Source: Eutreptiella sp. 'Long Island Sound 2002' (Eukaryota > Protista > Euglenida). From it: DNA of 64,000 nt. The stretch covers positions 37,696,001 to 37,760,000 of the forward strand of contig OZ038379.1 of NCBI GenBank assembly GCA_964036045.1, written 5' to 3'. The notes below the pieces were generated by a model that worked only from the letters and a program-made list of their open reading frames with translations, made no database searches and had not been told where the DNA came from. Position 1 is the stretch's first letter; each line of letters opens with the position of its first letter. Shown here one piece after another: positions 49,170-60,615 of this stretch. The translations under genes and the position numbers were made by a program.

Positions 49170-50289
49170 TCAGTTTGGAATAGGGCTGCAAAGCCCGTGA
49201 CTGAGGTGTGGGTTGTGGGTAGTCCTCGAAAGCCAAAGGCGGTGGCGGGGCTGCGGCAACCTACGTTCCGAAACATTACAGCGCCGAAAAAGGAAACAAC
49301 ACGCCTTTTTGTCATGTGGTGGTTGTGGGTGGGTGGTGAAAAGAACAAGAAAGTCAAGGTTGTCGTAGCCATGACACATACTTCACTCAAGGCCATGCCT
49401 CATGATTTGGCGCCCTCCACATGGGTGCAGTGCCACCATGGCTGCCAGGGGTACCCATTTCGGAGCCTTCGGACCTTTCGCCAACTTTCCTAGGTTGCTG
49501 CGCAACTGCGACAATGTGTGGTCAGAAACGGGCATATGCAGCACCCGCCCGGTCCGGCACCCCCTGACCAACAGTGGGCAGGTTGTGCATGTTCAAGTCT
49601 GGAAGCTTGGTTCTGCTAGGAAGCCGAGCAACGGTTCTCAGTTGGCTGCACAACGCTCCGGCATCAGGCAGAAGCCGCGTACGTAGCTGGGCATACCCCA
49701 TCAAGCCAAACACCAGAAACCGAACCGAGTGCCCGATGATTGCTTGGGGTGGTCCCAGCCGGGCTGCAACAACCCAAGTTGGGTTTGGTTGCTTCAAGCA
49801 CGAGAGGACCTCGCAGCGTGCATCCGCTGTAGTGCGTGCGTGCTTCGTTCCCAATACCTTGTTCTGCAAGCTCTTGTGGTCCTCATGGAGTGTCAACGGC
49901 TCCGTCTTGAGCTGGAATGTTGCACGTGCTGCCACACGTGCAGCATATCTCTCTTGTAGAGCCATGTCTCTCTCTTGGCATACTCTTTGGTATGCCAATA
50001 TGGGGAGGGTACCGGGTACCGCGCGAAAGGGGTTTGTGACGGTTCCCTTCCTCCCCTCCCCTTCTCCATCCGGCCCCCCACCGGGGGCATTCGTACGCAC
50101 CTTCTTCTCAGAGGAGGGGGGGCTGAGCTGGGATGGTGCGCTTCTGTGACTAGCGACCGTCGGACCCGTTTGACTTGTCGGTGCGGTCACTACCGCCGCC
50201 GTCCGTGTGCTAACGATCATCATCCGCGTCAACGATACAGTGCTCAACCCCCCCGCCGTCATGTGGAACATGGGGACATGGGCGTGCAT
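49170..50289 (-). pseudogene. Unidentified ORF relic upstream of copy 4, possibly an accessory gene
   Basis: 255-aa open frame plus a frameshifted continuation; only a weak OTU-like impression (NLPTVGQG/C..LR..W). Confidence 0.25.
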
Positions 50290-50429
50290 GGTGTTCCATG
50301 ACTCCGAAAAAAATGCCTCCTCTTGTTCCCGCCATCAATCCGCCATCTGAAAACTGACGGCCCCCGCCCGGGATAGGGTGTCCGATCACATCAGGAGGAA
50401 AGGGGCGGATCGTCAACGGCTTTTGGGGC

Positions 50430-51870
50430 CTCCAGTGTGCAAAAAAAGTTTCAATCAAGAATCAACTGCTCATGAATGACCATTGCTTGGGACATTATAA
50501 TGCCGGAAGTAATGATGAGCTAATGACGGTGGCCGGGGGTCCCAAATGGACGTTGTCTTGCCACACAACTGGAGTAAAGTGTGCTCAACTATCCGCCCCT
50601 TTCCGCAACCCAAAGTGCGGGAACACACAATGAGGGAAGGGGCTGATAGTCAACCACTTTTGGGGGCTGCGGTGCGCAAAATAGTCTCAGATTTCACCGA
50701 AAATCCACTGCCTATGGCTAACCTTTGCTTGGGGCATTGCCATGCCCCGCGCAAAAATGATTGCCCATTTTCTCATCATCTGATCCCACATTGTGGGGTG
50801 TTGAGAGGGGCAGATGGTTTAGGACACCTTCCACCATGTATGAGGGCAGACAATGTCCTTTTTGGACGGCAAAACCCCATCATTGACAGATAATCGACCA
50901 CTCTTTTGACACCTTTAGTGTGCAAAAACAATTTCAAATTTTGGCGGAAACCATCTTTCAATGATGGAGCGTTGCTTTGCGATGACGCAAGCAACGGTGA
51001 GCTCATCACAGTATCTTGTGGTCCAAAATCGACAAAGTCTCACCACACACCTCAACTAAGGTGTGCTAGACCACCTACCCCTCTCCACAACCCACAGTGT
51101 GGAACCACATAATGGTGCAAGGGGCATATAAGCAACTACTTAAGGGTTTTCAAAATTGAACGAAAATGAATTGTCTATGACCGACTATTGCTTGGGGCAT
51201 TGCAATGCCCCAAGCACTGGTGACTCAATGCCATTGTTTTTGGGGTCCAATGGGACATTGTCCCTCTATACACGTGGATCAAAGTGTGCTCAACTATTCG
51301 CCACTCTCCACAACTCACAATGTGGCACTACATGCAGAGGGAATGCAGAGGTGTGGCGTCTACCTTAGTGTTATCGCTACGTCAAGTATCAGTTCACAAG
51401 ACGGTGGATGCGTTGCCCACAGGACTACCGAGCACTCCGGCGCCCGCCTTTCAACACAAGCGTTGAGCTAGGGCCTCGAGTGCCTGTATATAGGGGCGAC
51501 AGCTTGCGGGTTGAAGTTGAGGAGGGAGGGTTGCAGCTCGGCCTCTAGTCGCTAGTAGCAGTGTTTGCTTGGGGGATGGCCCGGGAACGGCCCACATCCA
51601 TTTTTGACCCCAAAACACTGTCATTGACTCACCATTGCTTGGGGCATTGCCATGCCCCAACCATCAATAGGGAGTGATGGACAATGACTTTTGTCAAAAT
51701 TGGAAAGTGTTTTTGCCCATTGGAGGCCCCGAAACCTGTCAACTATCCGCCCCAATCTTGCACACAGGGTCCCACATTGCGGGCCGTGGAGAAGGGGAGA
51801 TTATTGAGCACAACTTACTACAGCTGTGTGGCGAGAGAACGTCCACTTTGGTGTGTGAGACAACCTCCAC
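50430..51870. repeat. ~235-bp degenerate tandem repeat with palindromic core TTGCTTGGGGCATTGC(A/C)ATGCCCC
   Basis: Core at ~50480, 50724, 51189 and 51635; AAAGTGTGCTCAACTA-type motif at ~50576, 51055, 51281 and 51733. Confidence 0.75.
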
Positions 51871-52344
51871 TGTGGATTCCAAAGCGCGATCATTGGTGTA
51901 GTGGGCATAGCCCGCAACGACGCTTGTCAGGCCCTCCCACTTCCTCTAATCCCCCCTCGTCCGATCCCCACATTAGCATGGGACTGACCCGTTAGGAGTA
52001 AAAGCTCCGAAACTTCTTCAGCCCATTTGGGCACGTTTTTGAGGTCAAACTCAGGCAATTCGAGTTGAATGTTTGCCTGAGGTGTAGGTCTCCTACCGTG
52101 AAGGGATGGGGGGATGCAAAGCCCCGCTCAGCCGGTGGTTGCAAACCGCGACGCGCGTGTGGCGGGGGGCGGGGGTATTGGGGGGGGGGGGTTCTTAGAA
52201 ATCCGATACTATGAGGGGTTTAGGAAAACCCCCTTTTTTCAAAATGGTCCGTGGGGGGTTTCTAAGGGGGTTTTTCGATGCAAGCACCCCATTTGTGGGA
52301 AAATTTTTGGTGATTTTTTTTTGGCCCCATGTCCACAATTTTGT

Positions 52345-52830
52345 ACTAGACCCCAATGCAGCCACTTTTGATTTTGTTCCCTTTGCTGGGGACCACTAAG
52401 GATGCAAGGGTTACGTAGCCATTCCGCCCACTTGTGTGGGCCCCCGCGAAGGCGGAGGTGAGGTAGCCACTTTTAATTTTATCTCCTCTTCTTGGGAACC
52501 CCGAGAAAGTAGGGGTGAGGTAGCCACTTCTGACTTTCTCACCTTTGTTGGGGACCCCCGAGAATGCAGGGGTGACGTAGCACTTCCGCCGACTTTTTGG
52601 CCCCCGAGAAGGCAAGGTTGAGGCAGCTAATTCTAATTGTGCTCCCCTTTGTTGGGGACCCCCGAGAATGCACAGGTGAAATAGCACTTCCTCCTACATT
52701 TGGGACCCGATAAAGCAGGGCTGCGGCAGTCAATTCTGATTTTGCTCCCCTTTGTTGGGGACCCACCCATTACAGGGGTGAAACAGCACTTCCGCCCACT
52801 TTTGGGCCCCCGAGATGGCAGGGTTGAGGC
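52345..52830. repeat. Degenerate 84/42-bp repeat family (as at 6890-7405), grading into the 48-bp satellite
   Basis: CCGCCCACTT..GGGCCCC and GAGAATGCAGGGGTGA motifs. Confidence 0.8.
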
Positions 52831-52834
52831 AGCC

Positions 52835-55800
52835 CATGGGGTTCGGGACTCCCAATCCACGCTTTGTTGCGTGGCCCCGCCATTCCGGGTTGGGGACTCG
52901 CAATCCTTGGTTTGTTGCGTGGCCCCTTGAGTTGGGGTGAGGGACTTGCAACCCGCACTTTGTTGCGTGGCTCCTTAAATTGGGGTTAGGGATTTGCAAT
53001 CCACACTTTGTTGTGTGGCCCATTGAGTTGGGGTTAGAGACACTCAATCCTTGCTTTGTTGCGTGGCCCCTTGAGTTGAGGTGAGGGACTTGCAACATGC
53101 GCTTTGTTGCGTGGCCTCTTGACTTGGGGTTAGGGTCTTGCAATCCACGCTTTGTTGCGTGGCCCCTTGACTTGGTGTTAGACACACACAATCCACACTC
53201 TGTTGCGTGGCATCTTGGGTTGGGGTTAGGGACTCGCAATCCACGCTTTGTTGTGTGGCCCCTTGAGTTGGTTTTAGAGACACTCAATGCACGCTTTGTT
53301 GCGTGGCCCGCACTTTGGGGTTAGGGCCGCACAATCCTTGCTTTGTTGTGTGGCCCCTTGAGTTGGGTTCAAGGAGTTGCAACCCGTGCTTTGTTGTGTG
53401 GCCCCTCGAGTTGGGGTCAGGGACTTGCAATCCATGCTTTCTTGTGTGGCCCCTTGAATTGGGGTTAGAGACACTCAATCCACGCTTTGTTCTGTGGCCC
53501 CGACATTTGGGGTTAGGGATTCGCAATCCATGCTTTGTTGCGTGGCCCCTTGAGTCGGGGTGAGGGACTTGCAACCTGCGCTTTGTTGCGTGGCCTCTTG
53601 AGTTGGGGTTAGGGACTTGCAATCCACGCTTAGTTGCGTGGCCCCTTGAGTTGGTGTTAGAGACACACAATCCACGCTTTGTTGCGTGGCATCTTGGGTT
53701 GGGATGAGGGACTCTCAATCCACGCTTTGTTGCGTGGCCCCTTGAGTTGGGGTTAGGGACTCGCAATCCACGCTTTGTTGTGTTGCCCTTTGAGTTGGGG
53801 TTAGATACTCTCAATCCAAGCTTTGTTGTGTGGCCCGGTGATTTGCGGTTAGGGACTCTGAATCCACGCTCTGTTGCGTGACCCATTGAGTTGGGGTTAG
53901 CGACTCGCAATCCGCGCTTTGTTCCCCTTGAGTTGGGCTTAGGGACCCTCAGTCCACGCTTTGTTACGGGGCCCCTTGGGTTGGGGTTAGGGACTCGCAA
54001 TCCACGCTTTGTTGCATGGCCCCGCCATTTGCGGTTAGGGACTCTTGTTGTGTGGCCCCTTGAGTTGGGGTTACCAACTCTCATTCCACGGTTTGTTGTG
54101 TGGCCCCTTGAGTTGGGATTAGCGATTCGCTATCTGCGCTTTGTTCACGTTCAGTTGGACTTAGCGATGCTCAGTGCACGCTTTGTTACATGGCCCCTTG
54201 GGTTGGAGTTAGGGACTCTCAATCCACGCTTTGTTACGTGGCCCCTTGATTTGGGGTGAGGGACCCTCAATGCGCGCTTTGTTGCTTGGCCCCTTGAGTT
54301 AGGGTTGGGGACTCTCAATCCACGTTGTGTTGCATGGCCCTGTAATTTGGTGTGAGGGACTTGCAATCCAGGCTTTGTTGCGTCGCCGCTTGAGATGGGG
54401 TAGGAGACTCGCAATCCAAGCTTTGTTGCCTGGCTCCTTGAGTTTGGTTAAGGGACTCTCAATCCACGCTCGGTTGCGTGGCCCCTTGAGTTGAGGTTAT
54501 GGACTGGCAACAAAAGCTTTGTTGCGTGGCCCCGTAATTTGGTGTGAGGGACTCGCAATCCACGCTTTGTTGCGTCGCCGCTTGAGATGGGGTGGGAGAC
54601 TCGCAATCCAAGCTTTGTTGTGTGGCCCCTTGAGTTTGGTTTAGGGACTCTCAATCCACGCTTGGTTGCATGGCCCCTTGAGTTGAGGTTATGGACTCGC
54701 AACCAAAGCTTTGTTGCATGGCCTCTTGAGTTGGGATGCGGGACTCGCAATCCACGCTTTGTTGTGTGGCCCCTTGCGATTGTGTGGGAGACTCGCAATA
54801 CACGCTTTGTTGCGTGGCCCCTTGAGTTGGGGTTAGGGACCCTCAATCCATGCTTTGTTTCATGGCCCTTTGACTTGGAATTGGATGCTGCCAATCCAAG
54901 CTTTGTTGTGTGGCCCCGTGATTTGGCATTATGGACTCTCAATCCACGCTTTGTTGTGTGGCCCCGTTGAGCTGGGGTGAGGGACTCTCCATCCACTCTT
55001 AGTTTCGTGGCCCCTTGAGTGCAGGTTATGGACTCTCAATCCACGCTTTGTTACGTGGCCCCTTGAGTTGACGTCAGGTGCTTGCAATCCACGCTTTGTT
55101 GCGTGGCCCTGTGATTTGGGATGAGGGACTCTCAATCCACACTTTGTTGCGCGTCCCCTTGAGTTGGGGTGAGGGACTCGCCATCCACGCTTTGTTGCAT
55201 GGCCCCTTGAGTTGGGGTTAGGGACACTCAATCTACGCTCAGTTTTGTGGCACCTTGAGTTGGGGTTAGGGACTCGCAATCCACGCTTTGTTGCGTGGCC
55301 CCTTGAGATTGTGTTGGAGACTTGCAATCCACGCTTTGTTGCATGTCCCCTTGAGTTAGGTTGAGGCACTCGACATCCACACTTTGTTGCGTGGCCCCTT
55401 GAGTTGGGGTGAGGGACTCTCAAACCCTGCTTTGTTGCTTCGCCCCTTGAGTTGGGGTTAGGGACTGTCAATCGAAGCTTTGAAACCTAGCCCCTTGTGT
55501 TGGGTTTAGGGACTCTCAATCCACGCTTAGTTGTGTGGCCCCTTGAGTCGGGGTGAGGGACTTTAAATCCACGCTTTGTTGTGTGGCCCCTTGAGTTGAG
55601 GTTACGGACTCTCAATCCACGCTTTTTTGCGTTTTCACTGTTTTTAGGCCAAATTGACCCTTTTTTGGAAACTTTTTCGGAGCAAAAAGTGTCATTGACC
55701 GGGCCAAGGCTGTTCATTTCCAGCGAATCCTTCGCAAGTCCGGGGAGACAACAAGCAATTTGCATTGCGTGATTTCACTTTTGCGATTTCGAACTTTGTT

Positions 55801-56860
55801 GTCTTCAAAACTCCGTTTTCCTATCGTTTTCACTGTTTTTGGCCCCTTGAGTTGGGGTTAGGGACTCTCAATCCACGCTTTGGTACGTGTCCCCGTGATT
55901 TCGGCTGAGGGACTCGCAATCCACGCTTTGTGGCGTCGCCCCTTGAGATGGGGAGGGAGGCTCTCAACACACGCCTTGTTGCGTGGCCCCTTGACTTGGG
56001 GTTAGGGACTCTCAATCCACGCTTTGTTGCGTCGCCCCTTGAATTTGGGTTAGGGACTCTCAATCCACGCTTAGTTGCGTTTCCCCTTGAGTTGGGGTTA
56101 GGGACTCTCAATCCACGCTTTGGTACGTGTCCCCGTGATTTGGGCTGAGGGACTCGCAATCCACGCTTTGTCCCGTCGCCCCTTGAGATGGGGAGGGAGG
56201 CTCGCAACACACGCCTTGTTGCGTGGCCCCTTGAGTTGGGGTTAGGGACTCTCAATCACCGCTTTGTTGCGTCGCCCCTTGAATTTGGGTTAGGGACTCT
56301 CAATCCATGCTTAGTTGCGTTTCCCCTTGAGTTGGGGTTAGGGACTCTCAATCCACGCTTAGTTGCGTGGCCCCTTGAGTTGGGTTTAGGGACTCACATT
56401 CCACACTTTGTTGCGTGGCCCCTTGAGTTGGGGTTAGGGACCCTCAATCCACGCTTTGTTGCGTGGCCCCTTGGGTTGGGGTTAGCAACTCACAATCCAC
56501 GCTTAGTTGCGTGGCCCCTTGACTTGGGGTTAGGGACTCTCAATCCACGCTTAGTTGCGTGGCCCCTTGAGTTGGGTTTAGGGACTCACATTCCACACTT
56601 TGTTGCGTGGCCCCTTGAGTTGCGGTTAGGGACTCTCAATCCAAGCTTTGTTGCGTGGCCCCTTGACTTGGAGTTAGGGACTCACAATCCACGCTTTGTT
56701 GTGTGGCCCCTTGAGTTTGCTTTAGGGACTGTCAATCCACGCTTAGTTGCGCGGCCCCTTGAGTTGGGGTTAGGGACTCTCAAGCAACGCTTTGTTGTGT
56801 GGCCCCTTCATTTGGGGTTAGGTACTCGCAATCCACGCCAAGTTGCGTGGCCCCTTGAGT
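52835..56860. repeat. 48-bp satellite GAGTTGGGGTTAGGGACTCTCAATCCACGCTTTGTTGCGTGGCCCCTT, block 1
   Basis: About 80 degenerate tandem copies, each with one TTAGGG or a variant. Confidence 0.97.
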
Positions 56861-56897
56861 TAGGCTGCGCGGGAAGGGGGATGAGGACCGGATCGCC

Positions 56898-57359
56898 ATG
56901 GCGCAGCACTCGGTTGCGAGGGCGAAGGAGAAGGTGGAGGAGAAGGAGCAGGCGATCGTGGCGCTTGCTCGCAGTGAGCGGAGGATGGAGACGATTTTGG
57001 CGGCGGCGGTGGATAAGGTGAAGGATGAGGAGGTGGAGGAGGTGGTGAAGGCGGAGGTGGAAGTGGAGGCGGAGGCGGAGGACATGGTGGAGGAGACGGA
57101 CAAGGAGGAGGCGGACGCGAAGGTGGTGGTGGAGACGGCGGTGGAGAGGGGGGGGGGGGTGAGCGAGTGGCTGCGGTTTTTTTTTGGTGTCGAGGGATGC
57201 GGGGGCCATCCAGGAGCTGCCATGCAGGGGTCATCGACTTTGGGATTGTTGGACATCACGATGGTTTGGGCAAACCCCCCGGTTTTTTCCAAGCCCCCGA
57301 AACTAGTGAAAACTGACATTATGCGCATCAACAAAACCCCGCCTTTTTTTCGCAGCTAA
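56898..57359 (+). CDS. Acidic E/V/A-rich coiled-coil-like ORF fragment
   Basis: Open frame of 153 aa; only the first ~90 aa look protein-like. Confidence 0.3.
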   Translation: MAQHSVARAKEKVEEKEQAIVALARSERRMETILAAAVDKVKDEEVEEVVKAEVEVEAEAEDMVEETDKEEADAKVVVETAVERGGGVSEWLRFFFGVEGCGGHPGAAMQGSSTLGLLDITMVWANPPVFSKPPKLVKTDIMRINKTPPFFRS

Positions 57360-57458
57360 GAGCTAGGTGGCGGTGTTGACAATGGTAAGCCCTTAATAGG
57401 CGACCCTATTTCTATTCTTGTATCTTCCTTTGCATCATGTTGCAGATGCATTTCAGTT

Positions 57459-58175
57459 TTGCAAATTCAACTTAGTTCAATGAATCATAATGAATTGCAC
57501 TCTTTTCTTGTTCGGGACATACGTTGCCGCGCTATTGCATGCAAGTACAATGTGGACTCCTTGGATGTTTTTGAGGCTCGCATGGGTCCGGCCACATCAT
57601 CCCTCTTGTTGGCCGCTGGTGCTGCGTCAGGCACCCTCCCCCTTACACAATTTGGTCTCCTCCGTGGGCTGTGTATTGGTAGTGCAGCTGCAGGCCTTCG
57701 GGGTGCTGCACAAGCCACAACTATTATTTCAGTCCAAGACGTTCAGAGGGTGTTGAAGTGGAATGACCTCAAAGCGACACAAAAACAAGTACAATGGTGC
57801 GATACAATGCAAACCATCACAGCGGAATTGACGGCTACCCATGTTGAGGGCATTTATGTGATGCATGTGCTGCAGTACGGCGATCAGTGCGTTGCATTTG
57901 GTCGTCACCATGGGAATACGTTCTACAATGACGTGCACGGGTCCAAGCGTCTTCCCCGGCCCGGGGTCTTCTTGGTGCACTTCAAGTGTATTGAGGACCT
58001 TGTGAACCATGGCATCAAGGCTGACGCAAAGGAACGTGTCGCCTATTGTCGTTGTGGGCAAGATGGTTGTACGAAGTGTGCCTTCATGCTTCACACATGG
58101 AAGTTCCATGCAAACCACTTTTGTCTAATTTTTCGTCCAAATTTGCCGGTTTACGTCCAAGTTTTCGTACAATAG
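57459..58175 (+). CDS. Putative papain-fold cysteine protease-like ORF
   Basis: Uninterrupted 238-aa frame; GLCIGSAAAG (Cys box-like) and GIYV..GDQCVAFGR..G..FYND (His box-like, His replaced by Gln: CAG is one change from CAC). Confidence 0.45.
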   Translation: MQIQLSSMNHNELHSFLVRDIRCRAIACKYNVDSLDVFEARMGPATSSLLLAAGAASGTLPLTQFGLLRGLCIGSAAAGLRGAAQATTIISVQDVQRVLKWNDLKATQKQVQWCDTMQTITAELTATHVEGIYVMHVLQYGDQCVAFGRHHGNTFYNDVHGSKRLPRPGVFLVHFKCIEDLVNHGIKADAKERVAYCRCGQDGCTKCAFMLHTWKFHANHFCLIFRPNLPVYVQVFVQ

Positions 58176-59109
58176 AGAAAACCCCCCCCTTTTTCCAAGG
58201 GTCAAATTTTAGGTGTCATTTTTTAAATAACCCCCCCTTTTTTAGGACCCCTCAAAAGTAGGCAAATCAACCCTACGTCCGAAATTAACGATATCGATGA
58301 CCCCTGCTGCCATGGGACCCGGCCGTTCTGGCTGGCCCCTATCCCCCAAACGTGGACCACCCCCTCCTCGTCCCCCCAGACAGTTCGGTTTGGACTCTCC
58401 GTTGTTTGTTGCAGTGGGTGTATCAAAGGACTTTGGGGGCGGGGAGATGGGTATGGGTGGACGAGGGGGGGGTGGTCCACCGGCACAAGCCCATGCGGCT
58501 GGGGGAGGTCCGAGGGTGGTGGGGGTAGCACGGGAGTTGCCCGGGAAGAGATGGGGGGAGACGCTCCCCCCTTCGGAAATGGGGGTGAATATGTTTGGGT
58601 TGGCACAACTCAACCTCTTCACCCACGGGAGGAAAAGGTGGGGGCCACCAAGTGGCGATTCCTCGCCAACTGCTGGCAGGCGCTGGGCTTGGGGGGGATG
58701 GAGTATGGGGGGAGGACCTGGACGTGGATGCCGACTTGGTCGGCGCCCATGGACATCGGGGGGTTCGACCCGGCGGCGGCGAAAAGGGGGGCGTATGCCG
58801 GGTTGGTGCAAGGCTGGCCTCCCCGCCCAAGTCCAAACCCCAGCCCGCCGCAGCCCCCGCAACTGAGGCAGCCCCACAACCGTCCCCCCCAACCCCCGGG
58901 ACGCCTTCCACAAGGCCCTGGCGGGCATCTCCCCCGCCCGGGACGCTAGGAACAGTATGTTGACTGCGTTCCAGCGTTGATCTAGCGAAACGTTCTAGCG
59001 TTCATCTAGCCACCGCCGTCCCGCCGCCGCTACAACGCCGCTAGAACGCCGCTAGAACAGTTGCCTAGAACGCCGCTAGAACGCACTTGCATTGTGTTTC
59101 TGTTCACAG

Positions 59110-60081
59110 GTTGTGGGCGTGCAGACGTGTGGAGCGGACCGCCGCGGGCTGCGCGTGCAGTGGCGCGATGGCGCAGGCCGGACGCGCCTCGTGGGGGTCA
59201 CCGAGTTGGGCCGGATGATGGGGACCGAACCCAATTTGGCCCTCTCAGTGCTGGACGGTTTGGGTAGTTGGGAGGCGGGCAGGAGTGCGAGGGGCATGCA
59301 CCCGCGGCGCAAGGGTTGGGTGAGGGTAGAGGACCGGGCGGGGTAGACCAGCAGCAGCAGCAACGGTAGCAGCAGCACCAGCACCAGCAGTGGGAAGAGG
59401 ACATCCCCCCCAAGGCCCCCAAACCCAAACCCCCCCTCAAGGCCCCCAAGAAAAAACCCCGCTTCGAGAGTAGCGAGGCAGACACCCCCCCCCCCCCTCG
59501 AAGCCCAACAGACCAAGCCCAAGGCCAAGCCCAAGCCCAAGGGCAAGGGCAAGGGCAAGGCCACCCTTATCGCCAAAATGCCAAGCCCACCCCTTGCAAG
59601 ATAGGGGCCGGGACCTCTATGGAAATGTGCCGGGTGTGGGGGACACCCGGTTTGTCCCTTGGGCGGAGGGGGGCAATGGGGGGACCATGAGCCAAGTGAC
59701 GGTGTTGGGGGATTGGGATAAGGAGTTGGACTGGGGATGTGGTGGGTGGTGTCGCAGGGGTCCAATGGGGAGGGGGGGAAGAAGGGGAAGAAGAGGAAGC
59801 GGGAGAAAGAGGGGGGCACTTTCCGAATGCCGGGGGAGCTCCTCTTCCGCCCCCGGGAGGAGGCGGAGGCCCACCTCCGGGAGGCCTTGGGGGAGGGGGA
59901 TGACGGGGATGCCGGGGACGACGAGGGGGACGAGGGTGGCGACAAGGGGGAGGGGGGTGACAAGGGGGGCGAGGTGGGGGGTGACAAGGGGGGTGAGAAG
60001 GAAGGGGACACGGGGGGTGAGAAGGGGGGTGCCGGGAGCAAGAATGAGCCCCGGCAACCCCCCACCACGCAGGAGGGGTAA
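59110..60081 (+). pseudogene. Homolog of the Tudor-like accessory gene (31582-32968)
   Basis: Acceptor TTCACAG|; RVQWRD..VGVTELG..EPNLALSVLDGLGSWEAGR; later WWVV..FRMPGELLFRPREEAEAHL. Confidence 0.6.
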
Positions 60082-60615
60082 CGTGCGTGTCTCGACTCGC
60101 GAATGGGGGCGTGGGGGGGCAGGAGGGCTAATCGGGCTAACCGGGCTAATCCGGCTAACCCACCACCCATTGACCCGGCGCCGGCCCCTCAAGTGACCTT
60201 CCTAGTGACCTATGGGGTGCGGTGGGGGGCAAACCGGGCTAACCGAGGGGAGAACCCGGCGCTCCATGAGTCGGGTCGATTGTGATTGGACACGGCTAAC
60301 CATGGTAGCCGGGGTAGCTTCATTTCGAGGAGTGGCGGAGCATTCATTTCTATTGTTCTAGCGATGTTCTAGCGAGCCGTTCTAGCGGCGTTCTAGCGCC
60401 GCTCACTAGAGCGTCGCTAGAACGCCGCTGAAACGAAAAAATTTTGGACTCCAACATCAGGCGAAAACAATGAAATTGTGAATAAAAGCGATGGGCCCCC
60501 GAGTACGGATAGGGGGGTCCAGGTTAGACACCTCAACTCCCTTTTTTTTTCGTTCTAGCCACTCTAGCGGCGTCTAGGCTAGAACGAGATTGGGTCTCCT
60601 ATTGTGTACCAAGGG

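Larger units (their letters stand above)
56862..60615 (+). mobile_element. Left-truncated DNA transposon inserted in the 48-bp satellite
   Basis: Right end ..TTGGGTCTCCTATTGTGTACCAAGGG|TA resembles the ..TTTGGGTCTCTAGGG|TA end of the 28849-33392 element. Carries a homolog of that element's accessory gene. Confidence 0.6.

Noticed and set aside
52835-56860. True telomere
   Set aside because: Only one TTAGGG per 48-bp unit, no pure hexamer tract, and unique sequence continues beyond the arrays.
58242-58963. Several overlapping P/G-rich ORFs at 58.2-59.0 kb
   Set aside because: GC-rich sequence open in many frames with no recognisable motif; I could not choose a frame.
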